Shown here in pieces: positions 1 through 9,841 of a stretch of DNA of 64,000 nt. The stretch is from Niabella sp. Lineage in GTDB: Bacteria; Bacteroidota; Bacteroidia; Chitinophagales; Chitinophagaceae. Made by a program: the position numbers and the translations under genes. The notes beneath the pieces are model-generated. The model had not been told where the DNA came from, did not search any database, and saw nothing but the letters and a program-made list of their open reading frames with translations. Location of the stretch: positions 1,688,370 through 1,752,369 of the forward strand of contig JASGIU010000002.1 of NCBI GenBank assembly GCA_047601605.1. Direction: 5' to 3'. How positions within the stretch are numbered: the stretch's first letter is position 1; each line of letters begins with the position of its first letter.

Positions 1-1517
1 CCGCAAAGATTTCTCAAGGGAGAATATCATTTTCGGAAAATGGGGATACAACGGATTTGCTTCGCCTTCCGATGGAAGAGATGAGGCTGATAAGGGGTAA
101 TAAAATTGCCATGATTTTTCAGGAACCGATGACCTCGCTTAATCCGGTGTTCACTTGCGGTCAACAAGTTGCCGAAGCATTGCTGTTGCATAAACGATTG
201 ACCAAAAAAGCGGCGAAATCCGAAGTGTTATATTGGTTTGAAAAAGTGAAGCTGCCTCATCCCGAAGTTGTTTTTTCCAAATATCCGCACGAACTCAGTG
301 GTGGCCAAAAGCAACGGGTGATGATAGCAATGGCGATGTGCTGTCGTCCGTCTTTATTGATTTGCGATGAACCAACGACGGCGTTAGACGTGACCGTGCA
401 AAAAACGATTTTGTCGCTGATTAAGGAATTGCAACAAGAATCGGGCATGGGCGTGATTTTTATTACGCATGATTTGGGCGTGGTGGGCGAAATTGCAGAC
501 CGTGCCGTGGTGATGTTCAAAGGCGATATTGTGGAGACAGGAGATGTGGCACAATTGTTCACGAATCCGCAACATCCTTATACCAAGGCACTGCTGGCGT
601 GCAGGCCGGTCAATCATCAACGTGGTGAACGGTTGCCCGTGGTAAGCGATTTCTTGGGAAATAAACCTGACGAAAACCTTGCGGATGCAGGCGTTCACAA
701 TATTGATTCCGAAAAGCATGTATTGCTATCTGTTGAAAATCTTGCCGTGTATTTTCAGGGGAAACGCAAGTTTTTGGGCAAGTCATCACCTGTTATAAAA
801 GCAGTTAACGATGTGAGTTTTGAGGTTTACGAAAACGAAACTTTGGGCATCGTGGGCGAGAGTGGCTGCGGCAAAACCACGCTGGGCAGGGCTTTGTTGC
901 AATTGATTCCTGCCACGGCAGGCAAGATAGCGTATAAAGGAGAGGATTTGCTGATGCGTTCGCATCGCCAGATGCGCGACCTGCGCAGGCATTTGCAGAT
1001 TGTTTTTCAAGACCCGTATTCTTCTTTGAATCCGCGAAAAAAAATCGGCCTTGCCATTGAAGAAGTATTGTCAGTTCATCATCTTTTGCCCACGGCACGG
1101 CAGCGGAAACAGCGCGTACTGGAACTGTTGGTGAAAGTGGGATTGTTGCCGGAACACTACGACCGATATCCGCATGAGTTTAGTGGTGGGCAGCGGCAAC
1201 GCATTGTTATAGCCAGGGCCTTGGCATTGCAGCCGTCGTTCATTATTTGTGATGAATCCGTTTCTGCATTGGATGTGAGCGTGCAGGCGCAGGTCTTGAA
1301 TTTGCTCAATGATTTGAAAAAAGAATTTGGTTTCACGATTGTTTTTATCAGTCATGACCTATCGGCCGTGCGTTATTTTTGCGACCGGATATTGGTCATG
1401 AATAAAGGACGGATTGAAGAAAGCGGCAATGCCGATGATATCTATTTAAATCCCCAAACCGATTATACTAAGCGATTAATAGCTGCTATTCCAAAGGGCG
1501 TTGTTCATACGTTGTAA
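1..1517 (+). CDS. Peptide/nickel-type ABC transporter ATP-binding protein with two fused NBDs (5'-truncated by window edge)
   Basis: Frame is open back to base 3. Motifs FQEPMTSLNP, LSGGQKQR, DEPTTALD, second Walker A GESGCGKT, FSGGQRQR and DESVSALD. Confidence 0.92.
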   Translation, partial: AKISQGRISFSENGDTTDLLRLPMEEMRLIRGNKIAMIFQEPMTSLNPVFTCGQQVAEALLLHKRLTKKAAKSEVLYWFEKVKLPHPEVVFSKYPHELSGGQKQRVMIAMAMCCRPSLLICDEPTTALDVTVQKTILSLIKELQQESGMGVIFITHDLGVVGEIADRAVVMFKGDIVETGDVAQLFTNPQHPYTKALLACRPVNHQRGERLPVVSDFLGNKPDENLADAGVHNIDSEKHVLLSVENLAVYFQGKRKFLGKSSPVIKAVNDVSFEVYENETLGIVGESGCGKTTLGRALLQLIPATAGKIAYKGEDLLMRSHRQMRDLRRHLQIVFQDPYSSLNPRKKIGLAIEEVLSVHHLLPTARQRKQRVLELLVKVGLLPEHYDRYPHEFSGGQRQRIVIARALALQPSFIICDESVSALDVSVQAQVLNLLNDLKKEFGFTIVFISHDLSAVRYFCDRILVMNKGRIEESGNADDIYLNPQTDYTKRLIAAIPKGVVHTL

Positions 1518-1672
1518 ACAACCCGCTGTTTTCTTATCAATCATACTGTTTGATTTATTCGAGTCTTTGTTGGTAGCAGTTTAGCCCAGGTCATTAGTTT
1601 GTTTTTTCATGTTCAATGATTTGGTTTTATTAATAATTCGTGGTATATTTTGCCAATTGAATATTTTGTAAT

Positions 1673-3094
1673 ATGTCGAATCTTTTTAAGACCATTAAAC
1701 GCAGTTGGATTTATATTCAAAAGAGAAACAAGAAGTCGCCTTTAAGGCGCAATGTGTATAATTTGCTGAAGATTAGTCTTTTTGCCATCGTGGCCATTGC
1801 TTTGCTAAACCTGACTGATTTGCCGCAACACACGAGGAACGCCCTTTTTCTGCTGATACTTGCGGCTGGGCTGTGGGTAACAGAGGCGATTCCCCCTTTT
1901 GCCGTTAGTTTGCTTATTATGGGCTTCGCTGTGGGGTTTATTGCCGATAACAAGAGCAGTGACCACTGGCAGGAATATGTGAACACCTGGGCAAGCCCGA
2001 TGATGTGGCTGTTCATGGGCGGGTTCTTTTTGGCACAGGGCGCTGCCAACACGGGACTGGACAGGCTGTTTGCGAAAAGTATATTAAAACGGTTCGGCCA
2101 AAAACCGGATAGGGTACTTTTTAGCGTGATGCTTATAACGCTTATCTTGTCTTTGTTTATGTCCAACACGGCCACTGCCGCCTTGATGTTGATGACCATC
2201 ACGCCACTTACCAATAAACTTGGCAAACGTGACCCGCTTTCAAAATCGTTGGTGTTGGGCGTGGCTATAACGGCAGCTTTGGGGGGCATGGGCACGATTA
2301 TCTCCACACCCGCAAACCTGATTGCGGCGGGCGTTATAGAATCAAGGGGCTTAAAAATGGGTTTTACCGAATGGCTTTATTTTGGTTTGCCCCTTTGTAT
2401 AGGTTTTATCTATTTGACCTGGATCTTCCTGAAATATACTTATCGCTCCAAACGCGAGTATGTGGATATTGATGAATTGTTGGCGATAGATAAGGAAGTA
2501 CCGTTGGACAGCGAGGGACTTTTACGGAGGAGCGTTGCTATTATCACCATTATACTAACGGTGGTGCTATGGGTGTTCTCCAGTTATATAAATATACCGT
2601 TGGCCGTTATTTCTTTTGTGCCGATTGTTTGTTTTACGACAACGGGTATCATTTCCGCCGCCGACATCCCAAAGTTACCTTGGGATACGTTATTGCTCGT
2701 GGCCGGTAGCCTTACGCTTGGTATGGCGGTGACGGACACGGGGCTTGCGGATTATTTTGTCAATGCCATTAATTTCGGTTCAGCTTCCATACTGGTGATT
2801 TTTATTATTCTGGCGTATGTCAGCAGCGCAGTGTCCAATTTTATGAGTACCACTGCGGCGGCAAGTATACTCATTCCCATCGGGGCCACCCTGTTGCCGG
2901 AGCATACCGTGGCGATATCTTCTCTTATTGCCCTTTCCGTATCCACTGCGACCATCTTGCCCATTTCTACGCCGCCCAATGCTATTGCTTATAGTTCGGG
3001 CGTTATTAATGCGTCAGATTTTCGTCCGATAGGTTTTTTGCTGGGAGGCATAGCCCCGCTCGTGATAGCAGTGCTGATGTTTATTGTTTTCTGA
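1673..3094 (+). CDS. DASS/SLC13 family anion (sulfate/dicarboxylate):Na+ symporter
   Basis: Highly hydrophobic. FMSNTATA, NFMSTTA and PISTPPNAIAY signature motifs. Confidence 0.88.
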   Translation: MSNLFKTIKRSWIYIQKRNKKSPLRRNVYNLLKISLFAIVAIALLNLTDLPQHTRNALFLLILAAGLWVTEAIPPFAVSLLIMGFAVGFIADNKSSDHWQEYVNTWASPMMWLFMGGFFLAQGAANTGLDRLFAKSILKRFGQKPDRVLFSVMLITLILSLFMSNTATAALMLMTITPLTNKLGKRDPLSKSLVLGVAITAALGGMGTIISTPANLIAAGVIESRGLKMGFTEWLYFGLPLCIGFIYLTWIFLKYTYRSKREYVDIDELLAIDKEVPLDSEGLLRRSVAIITIILTVVLWVFSSYINIPLAVISFVPIVCFTTTGIISAADIPKLPWDTLLLVAGSLTLGMAVTDTGLADYFVNAINFGSASILVIFIILAYVSSAVSNFMSTTAAASILIPIGATLLPEHTVAISSLIALSVSTATILPISTPPNAIAYSSGVINASDFRPIGFLLGGIAPLVIAVLMFIVF

Positions 3095-3136
3095 TGTGCA
3101 GGGGATGGCAAAGGTGTTGTTTGTCTTAAATCCCAT

Positions 3137-3970
3137 TTACATCCATCCATAGAGTTGATTTTTGTAAAACGTCCATTCCGGCGTTTCGATAACATCAGCT
3201 TCGTTGAGGTTATACCACGGCGAGTTGTCATGGGGATTGCGCAAGATATGGATGTCCTGTGCGGGCATATAACTTTGTGCTAACAGATACTTTTTTTGTC
3301 CTTTACTGTTAACGGCCATATCCATCACGATGACCGTATGCCCGGGAGCGCCGGGTTTCAGGAATATATCGCCCGGTTGCATTTGACTTATGGGCTTGGG
3401 TATGGTCATCAATGGTAGCGTGGCCGTACCGCAATAGCTGAAAACGGTTTCAAGGTATTGTTCAAATTGTTGCCTTTGGCTTTTTGTGGATATATTTTGT
3501 TTGGAGGCTGCCAATTTATTTCCTACCGGATAATACCTCGTGCCTTGCAGCCATTTGTCAAAACGGATGTCCGTGCCGTCTCCTGCTTTAAAGTGTATAT
3601 TGCTCCACGCAGCATTTTCATAAAAATATTCGGCACGCAACCGCATGACCGCATCGGCACATTGTTGCAGATCTTTTTTGCCCACGCTGATGTCCAGCAC
3701 CGCATATTGAGCCCGTTGATTGGCTTTTTGCTGGCCGTTGTAGAGGTACACGGTTTTGTCCTTTTTCAGGGCAATACGTCGCAGGTAATTCCCAAAATTG
3801 TTCGCAGGCAACGGTAGGTGTTTGTAACCTGCTGGCAGTGCGATATCGCTTACTTTGGTTTCGGAAACAGGATTGGTCATGACGTCAGTCTCTGAAAGTG
3901 GTGCAGGCGCAGGGTCGCAGGCCACAAGGCAAAAGCAAAACAGGGTCAACATATAGATGGTTTTGTTCAT
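3137..3970 (-). CDS. DUF4846-family lipoprotein
   Basis: Lipobox (CLVAC). DLQQCADAVMRLRAEY and YLLAQSYMPAQDIH motifs typical of the family. Confidence 0.75.
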   Translation of the reverse strand: MNKTIYMLTLFCFCLVACDPAPAPLSETDVMTNPVSETKVSDIALPAGYKHLPLPANNFGNYLRRIALKKDKTVYLYNGQQKANQRAQYAVLDISVGKKDLQQCADAVMRLRAEYFYENAAWSNIHFKAGDGTDIRFDKWLQGTRYYPVGNKLAASKQNISTKSQRQQFEQYLETVFSYCGTATLPLMTIPKPISQMQPGDIFLKPGAPGHTVIVMDMAVNSKGQKKYLLAQSYMPAQDIHILRNPHDNSPWYNLNEADVIETPEWTFYKNQLYGWM

Positions 3971-4226
3971 GGTAAAAATGTTTCCAAGATGTGCCAGCCG
4001 GGGCTTCGTCTAATGCGGGAGCTGCGGTAGGCCAACAAAAAATAGGTTTTGTTAAAAGACTCAAATTCCCCGGAACTGCATAAATGTTTCGATGCATTTT
4101 AGGCTTTGATTTGTTAAAAATGATGGTGCGATAATTGATTATCGTCTATCTGTAATTTTTTGTTTAATTTTATCCGCCCTTAGGCAAACAAACAATCGGG
4201 CATTTTTTAATTACAGATTTTTAAGA

Positions 4227-5366
4227 ATGAATTTATTTGACGTTTATCCACTCAACGACGTGGTGATTACCAAAGCTAAAGGCTCTTATGTGTGGGACAG
4301 TGAAGGCAGCCAGTACCTTGATTTGTATGGTGGTCATGCCGTAATTAGTATCGGGCATACACATCCCCATTGGGTGAAGCGCATTGAGGAGCAACTGGAA
4401 AAAATAGCTTTTTACTCCAACTCCGTTCCTATTCCCATTCAGCAGGAACTTGCCAAAAAATTGGGCGAAGTTTCTGGCAAGGAAGATTACCAGCTTTTTC
4501 TTTGCAACTCTGGTGCTGAGGCAAATGAGAACGCGCTGAAACTGGCATCCTTTCACAACGGGAGAAGAAAAGTTGTGGCATTCAACAAATCTTTCCACGG
4601 GCGCACTTCCCTTGCCGTTTCCGTCACGGACAATAAAAATTATGTGGCACCGGTGAACGAAACGGATAACGTGGTGTTCATGCCTTTCAATGACGAGGAA
4701 GCGTTGGCCGAGTATTTTAGTAAACATGGCAAAGAAGTGTCTTCCGTTATCATCGAGGGTATTCAGGGCGTGGGCGGCATCAACGTCGCAAGTGAATCTT
4801 TCCTGAAACTTATCAGGAGCCTTTGCGACAAATATGGTGCGGTGTTTATCGCCGATAGTGTGCAATGCGGTTACGGGCGCAGCGGCAAGTTCTTCAGTCA
4901 TGACTTTGCGGGGGTAAATGCCGATATATATTCTATGGCAAAGGGGATGGGCAATGGCTTTCCTGTTGCGGGTATCATTATCGCGCCGCATATTAAGCCC
5001 AAGTATTTTCAACTCGGCACGACGTTTGGCGGCAACCATTTGGCCTGCGCCGCAGCTTTGGCGGTGCTTGAGGTGATTCAGGAAGAAAAACTGTTGGGCA
5101 ATGCCGTAATGGTAGGCAAGTATCTGCGGGAGGAATTGTCTCAAATACCGCAACTTCAAAACGTGCGCGGGCGCGGTCTGATGATAGGCTTTGATGTGCC
5201 GGAATCCATCGGGGCACTAAAGAAAAATCTACTGTTCAATCAAAAAATATTTACAGGGGAGGCGAAACCGAATGTGATACGCCTGTTGCCGTCCCTGGCT
5301 TTGAAGAAGAAAGATGCGGAGCATTTTATAGAGGCCGTGAAAGAAGAGATTGAATTATTGAGCTAA
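4227..5366 (+). CDS. argD: N-acyl-ornithine aminotransferase (class III PLP)
   Basis: YLDLYGGHAV, NSGAEANENA, SFHGRT, DSVQCGYGRSG, AKGMGNGFP and TTFGGNHLAC; lies in an arg cluster. Confidence 0.93.
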   Translation: MNLFDVYPLNDVVITKAKGSYVWDSEGSQYLDLYGGHAVISIGHTHPHWVKRIEEQLEKIAFYSNSVPIPIQQELAKKLGEVSGKEDYQLFLCNSGAEANENALKLASFHNGRRKVVAFNKSFHGRTSLAVSVTDNKNYVAPVNETDNVVFMPFNDEEALAEYFSKHGKEVSSVIIEGIQGVGGINVASESFLKLIRSLCDKYGAVFIADSVQCGYGRSGKFFSHDFAGVNADIYSMAKGMGNGFPVAGIIIAPHIKPKYFQLGTTFGGNHLACAAALAVLEVIQEEKLLGNAVMVGKYLREELSQIPQLQNVRGRGLMIGFDVPESIGALKKNLLFNQKIFTGEAKPNVIRLLPSLALKKKDAEHFIEAVKEEIELLS

Positions 5367-5448
5367 TGATGAAAATCCGTTAGGGATTTATGTCATTTGG
5401 CTAACGGCTATCTGTTGAATATTTATAGCTTTTTTGAATATCCATAAA

Positions 5449-6417
5449 ATGTCTTTATTAAAAAACAAAAACTTTATCAGCGCGCATGATGTTGCGGACA
5501 TCAATGCTCTTGTAGAAAAGGCGTTGCGCTACAAAGCAAATCCGTTTGCAGACAAAAAACTCGGCGAGGGCAAGCGCATCGGCTGTCTTTTTCTGAACCC
5601 GAGTATGCGCACGCGCCTGAGCACGCAGATTGCCGCCCAAAATTTGGGGATGGAAAGCATTGTGTTTAACGTGGGCAGCGAGGGCTGGAAGCTGGAGTTT
5701 GAAGACGGCGCGGTGATGGACGGCACGACTTCCGAGCATGTGAAGGAGGCTGCCCCTATCATGGGGAAGTATTTTGATATTTTGGCTATTCGTAGTTTTC
5801 CCTCTTTGGTAAATAAAGAAGAAGATTATAGCGAATTCTGCATCCAATCTTTTATAAAATATTCCGGCATCCCGGTATTGAGCCTGGAAAGCGCCACCTT
5901 GCACCCTTTGCAAAGCCTCACCGATGTGCTGACAATGAAGGAGCTTTTTTCTGGCGATAAAAAACCAAAGGTGGTCATGACATGGGCTCCTCATGTAAAG
6001 CCTTTGCCGCAATGCGTGGCCAATAGTTTTGCGCAATGGGTGAACGCCTGGGGCGGGGCAGATTTTGTGGTGACACATCCGCAGGGTTATGAGTTGGATG
6101 AACAGTTTACCAAGGGTGCAACTATCGAGTATAATCAAGACAAGGCATTGACAGACGCCGATTTTGTATATGTGAAAAACTGGAGCGCCTATACCGATTA
6201 CGGAAAGATATTGAACAACGACCCCGGTTGGATGCTTGGTAATGAAAAAATAAAATTGACGAACAATGCAAAGGTGATGCACTGCCTGCCCGTCCGTCGC
6301 AATGTAGAGCTGAGCGATGAAATACTTGATGGCCCGAACAGTGTGGTGACGCACGAGGCCGGGAACCGCGTTTGGGCTGCCCAGGCCGTGTTGAGCGAAA
6401 TGTTGAAATCTGTTTAA
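5449..6417 (+). CDS. argF: N-succinyl/acetyl-ornithine transcarbamylase (ArgF'), predicted succinyl-specific
   Basis: SMRTR and HCLP motifs, MDGTTSEH loop and WAPHVK loop. ATG at 5449 preferred over TTG at 5434. Confidence 0.9.
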   Translation: MSLLKNKNFISAHDVADINALVEKALRYKANPFADKKLGEGKRIGCLFLNPSMRTRLSTQIAAQNLGMESIVFNVGSEGWKLEFEDGAVMDGTTSEHVKEAAPIMGKYFDILAIRSFPSLVNKEEDYSEFCIQSFIKYSGIPVLSLESATLHPLQSLTDVLTMKELFSGDKKPKVVMTWAPHVKPLPQCVANSFAQWVNAWGGADFVVTHPQGYELDEQFTKGATIEYNQDKALTDADFVYVKNWSAYTDYGKILNNDPGWMLGNEKIKLTNNAKVMHCLPVRRNVELSDEILDGPNSVVTHEAGNRVWAAQAVLSEMLKSV

Positions 6418-6453
6418 TGAATAATTTGTAAGAATCCACTTTATTTAAAGAAT

Positions 6454-7266
6454 ATGGAGCAGCATACCGTGAGCAAAGAGCCGTTATTCGTGATAAAGAT
6501 TGGGGGCAATGTGATTGATAACCCCGATGCGTTGGATAGTTTTCTAAAAGACTTTGCTGCCATCGCTGGCAAGAAGATATTGATTCACGGTGGAGGAAAA
6601 ATTGCTACAAAAATCGGGGAAACGCTCGGTATTCAATCTAAATATGTCAACGGCAGGCGCATTACGGATGATGATACGATAGACCTTGTAACGATGGTTT
6701 ACGGAGGACTTGTCAATAAAAAAATGGTCGCGCAATTGCAGACGCTGCACTGCAACGCCATCGGTCTTACGGGTACCGATGCAAATATAATACCCGCACA
6801 AAAACGTCCGGTGAAGGAAGTTGATTTCGGTTGGGTAGGGGATGTGTTGCCGGAACAGGTTAACGCTTCCATATTGCATCTACTGTTGCAACAAGCGCTT
6901 GTCCCGGTGTTTGCCCCGTTAACGCACGACACCCATGGGCATATACTTAACACAAATGCCGATACGGTTGCTTCTGTCCTCGCCGTGGCGATGTCCGCGT
7001 TTTATAGAGTCCGCCTGATATATTGTTTTGAGAAAAAAGGGGTACTTGAAAACGTGGAGGATGAGGAGTCCGTTATCAGGACAATCAATAAAGAATTGTA
7101 TGCTTCACTGGTGGCAGGCGAAAAGTTGTTTGCTGGCATCCTGCCCAAGATTGACAATGCCTTTGCTTCTATTGATGCGGGCGTTGATCAGGTGTTGATT
7201 GGCCATGCGGCGGATGTGCTTTTAAACACAACAGGCCGCAATGCGGGTACGCTCATCAGTAAATAG
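6454..7266 (+). CDS. argB: N-acylglutamate kinase
   Basis: VIKIGG, IHGGG, GRRITD and LNTNAD motifs. Confidence 0.92.
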   Translation: MEQHTVSKEPLFVIKIGGNVIDNPDALDSFLKDFAAIAGKKILIHGGGKIATKIGETLGIQSKYVNGRRITDDDTIDLVTMVYGGLVNKKMVAQLQTLHCNAIGLTGTDANIIPAQKRPVKEVDFGWVGDVLPEQVNASILHLLLQQALVPVFAPLTHDTHGHILNTNADTVASVLAVAMSAFYRVRLIYCFEKKGVLENVEDEESVIRTINKELYASLVAGEKLFAGILPKIDNAFASIDAGVDQVLIGHAADVLLNTTGRNAGTLISK

Positions 7267-7267
7267 G

Positions 7268-8365
7268 ATGCGGATAAAGCAGTTTGCCACTTTAAACGAA
7301 AGTATGGAAACATTGTACCAAAATTCAGTAACATTATTAAAGCAATTAATAGAAACGCCCAGTTTCAGCAGGGAGGAGGAACAAACCGCTTTGCTTATCA
7401 TTGCCTATTTTGAGCAATATGGCATAGCGTGCGAGCGTTTGGGCAATAATATAATTTGCAGGAATAAATATTACGATGAAGCGAAGCCAACTATTTTGTT
7501 AAACTCTCACCATGACACGGTGAAGCCCAACCCCAAATACACACTTGACCCTTTTAAAGCCATAGAACATGACGGAAAACTTTATGGCCTGGGCAGCAAC
7601 GATGCGGGCGGGTGCCTCGTGTCACTGATGGCTACATTTATTTATTATTACGCCAAGCCCGATTTAAAATATAACCTGTTGTTTGTGGCGAGCGCCGAAG
7701 AAGAGGTCTCCGGTTATGGAGGTATAGAAGCTGTTGTTAAAGAATTACCTCCTGTGAGCTTTGCGATTGTCGGCGAGCCTACTCTATTGCAAATGGCGGT
7801 GGCAGAGCGTGGCCTGATGGTGCTTGACTGCACTGCACAAGGCAAGGCAGGACATGCTGCGCGTAACGAAGGTGAGAACGCTATCGTAAACGCGATACAG
7901 GATATTGAATGGTTTCATACTTATAAATATGAGAAAGTATCACCGTTGCTTGGCGAGAACAAGATGACCGTAACCGTAATTGAAACGGAGAATAAACATC
8001 ACAATGTTGTACCGCCGTCGTGCAGATTTGTGGTAGATGTGCGCGTGAACGAGCTGTATAGTTTTGAGGAAATACTCGCCGTGGTGAAAGATAATGTTCG
8101 CAGCGAGGTGAAGCCTCGTTCCATGCGGTTGCGTTCCACTTCTATTTCAATAGAACACCCGCTTGTGCTTGCCGGTATCGCAATGGGCAAAACAACTTAT
8201 GGTTCGCCGACAACTTCCGACAAAGCGCTGATGCCGTTCCCTGCATTAAAAATGGGCCCCGGAGATTCTGCCCGCAGCCATACCGCCGATGAGTTTATTT
8301 ATCTTAACGAAATTGAACAAGGGATTAAGGATTATATTGAGATTTTAAAGGATATTGTTATGTAA
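7268..8365 (+). CDS. argE: M20 N-acyl-ornithine/citrulline deacylase
   Basis: LNSHHDTV, GLGSNDAGG, AEEE, VGEPT and HTADE. ATG lies 1 nt after the argB stop (alternative ATG at 7304). Confidence 0.88.
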   Translation: MRIKQFATLNESMETLYQNSVTLLKQLIETPSFSREEEQTALLIIAYFEQYGIACERLGNNIICRNKYYDEAKPTILLNSHHDTVKPNPKYTLDPFKAIEHDGKLYGLGSNDAGGCLVSLMATFIYYYAKPDLKYNLLFVASAEEEVSGYGGIEAVVKELPPVSFAIVGEPTLLQMAVAERGLMVLDCTAQGKAGHAARNEGENAIVNAIQDIEWFHTYKYEKVSPLLGENKMTVTVIETENKHHNVVPPSCRFVVDVRVNELYSFEEILAVVKDNVRSEVKPRSMRLRSTSISIEHPLVLAGIAMGKTTYGSPTTSDKALMPFPALKMGPGDSARSHTADEFIYLNEIEQGIKDYIEILKDIVM

Positions 8366-8401
8366 AATCATGCCCGCATGCATCTTGTATAAAAATTCAA
8401 T

Positions 8402-9796
8402 ATGAAGCAAACGATTTTCTTGCTATTTATTATCCTGCCGACAATTCTTTTGGCGCAAAAAAGGATATCTTTTGAAATAGAAAAGCTTGACCCGCCGAAG
8501 GAACTGTTATTAAAAGAATCCGATAAAGAAATCTTTTCAAAATTAATTTTGCAGGATGCCAACCTTACAAAAGAGGTGGCGAAAGGAAATAATTTCGAGC
8601 CGCTCAAAAAAATCGTTGCTACTTACAAAGCTCCCCAAAACTTCGTCAACTTTGGGTTTCATTCTTTTTTTGACGGAATGTACCACGCTTATGCCGAGCA
8701 CAGACCCTTTGTTATTTCGCCAGATATGGTTTGGCTGCTTATTTCGCAAGGATTTGCGGAGCATGTAAACAATAATGCAGAACTATTAAGGCAACATTTT
8801 GTGAAACATTCCGGAAAGTTGACGTTATTAGTTCGAAATGATTCTATTGACCTGAACAATCCCAACAGCCCGTGGGAATCACTCTTTCCAATGTTTGCAG
8901 ATTCTATCGCAAACCATGTGGGGAAGGAGCTTGTGGATAACCTTACTTCAAATTTTTCTACTACTACACAAACGACTAAAATAGCTTCGCAGATTACTGT
9001 GATGAATGCTATGAAGAAATATTTCAATTATGTAGCGATGCGGATCGGGTGTGGTATTCCGAACGTCACACTTGAAGGCTCTTACAAAGACTGGGAGCTG
9101 GTTTTAAAGAAAGCCCGCTTTTTGAAAAAGTATGAGCTTGGATGGTGGATAGATGAAATAGCCCCCTTGTTGCAACAATTTGTAAACGCGTCCAAAAACA
9201 GGATTGACAAAGACTTTTGGCGGAATATGTTTAAGTATCACAAAAATGGGATATATGATTCCAAGGCGATTGACGGCTGGTTTATAAAATTTTTTCCTTA
9301 CGACAAAAACGGCCATAGAAACAATCTCGACAGTTTAAGCGGAAGTTGGAATCTGCCTGATGAAATATTTAAAACGGACTTGTTGTACATGCTTGTAAAT
9401 CCTGACGGAACTATTACAGAAGTTCCGCTGGAACTATGGGCGGGCTTCATCGGTCTTGTTCAGAATGAAAAGAATTTTGCTCTCCGTCCGGAAATCGGGT
9501 GGTTGGTAAAAATAAAAGATTCGATTAATAAAGCAGTACTTCAGGATTTTCAATCCAAAGCCGAAGGAGAAATTAACATCCGCGTAAACGAAATCCCCGA
9601 AGAAATTTTTGAGATTCCCTATATCAAAAACCTAAAAATTCAGTTTACGGGAAAAATCATAGTGCCGGACAAAATCAAAAAAGTAAAAATTGATAACCTC
9701 CATTTGAGAGGCCAGATAGATAAAAACGAAGCAGAAAGGATTTATAAACTGCTTCCAAATACTAATGTTAGCATAAACTCCGGACTGATTTTTTAA
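8402..9796 (+). CDS. Secreted DUF4419-family protein
   Basis: Signal peptide. AYAEHRPFVISPDMVWLLISQGF, NFSTTT and CGIPNVTLEGSYKDW motifs. Confidence 0.72.
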   Translation: MKQTIFLLFIILPTILLAQKRISFEIEKLDPPKELLLKESDKEIFSKLILQDANLTKEVAKGNNFEPLKKIVATYKAPQNFVNFGFHSFFDGMYHAYAEHRPFVISPDMVWLLISQGFAEHVNNNAELLRQHFVKHSGKLTLLVRNDSIDLNNPNSPWESLFPMFADSIANHVGKELVDNLTSNFSTTTQTTKIASQITVMNAMKKYFNYVAMRIGCGIPNVTLEGSYKDWELVLKKARFLKKYELGWWIDEIAPLLQQFVNASKNRIDKDFWRNMFKYHKNGIYDSKAIDGWFIKFFPYDKNGHRNNLDSLSGSWNLPDEIFKTDLLYMLVNPDGTITEVPLELWAGFIGLVQNEKNFALRPEIGWLVKIKDSINKAVLQDFQSKAEGEINIRVNEIPEEIFEIPYIKNLKIQFTGKIIVPDKIKKVKIDNLHLRGQIDKNEAERIYKLLPNTNVSINSGLIF

Positions 9797-9841
9797 AAGA
9801 GGCAATCCAGAAGAAGGGGAGAATTTGTCCGATTCTTCTTC

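Noticed and set aside
1-1517. ABC ATPase without permease or binding protein
   Set aside because: The gene is cut by the window edge, so partners may be upstream; fused orphan ATPases of this type are common in Bacteroidota.
4227-8365. arg cluster lacking argA/C/G/H and carAB
   Set aside because: Split arg clusters are common, and the genes may lie outside the window.
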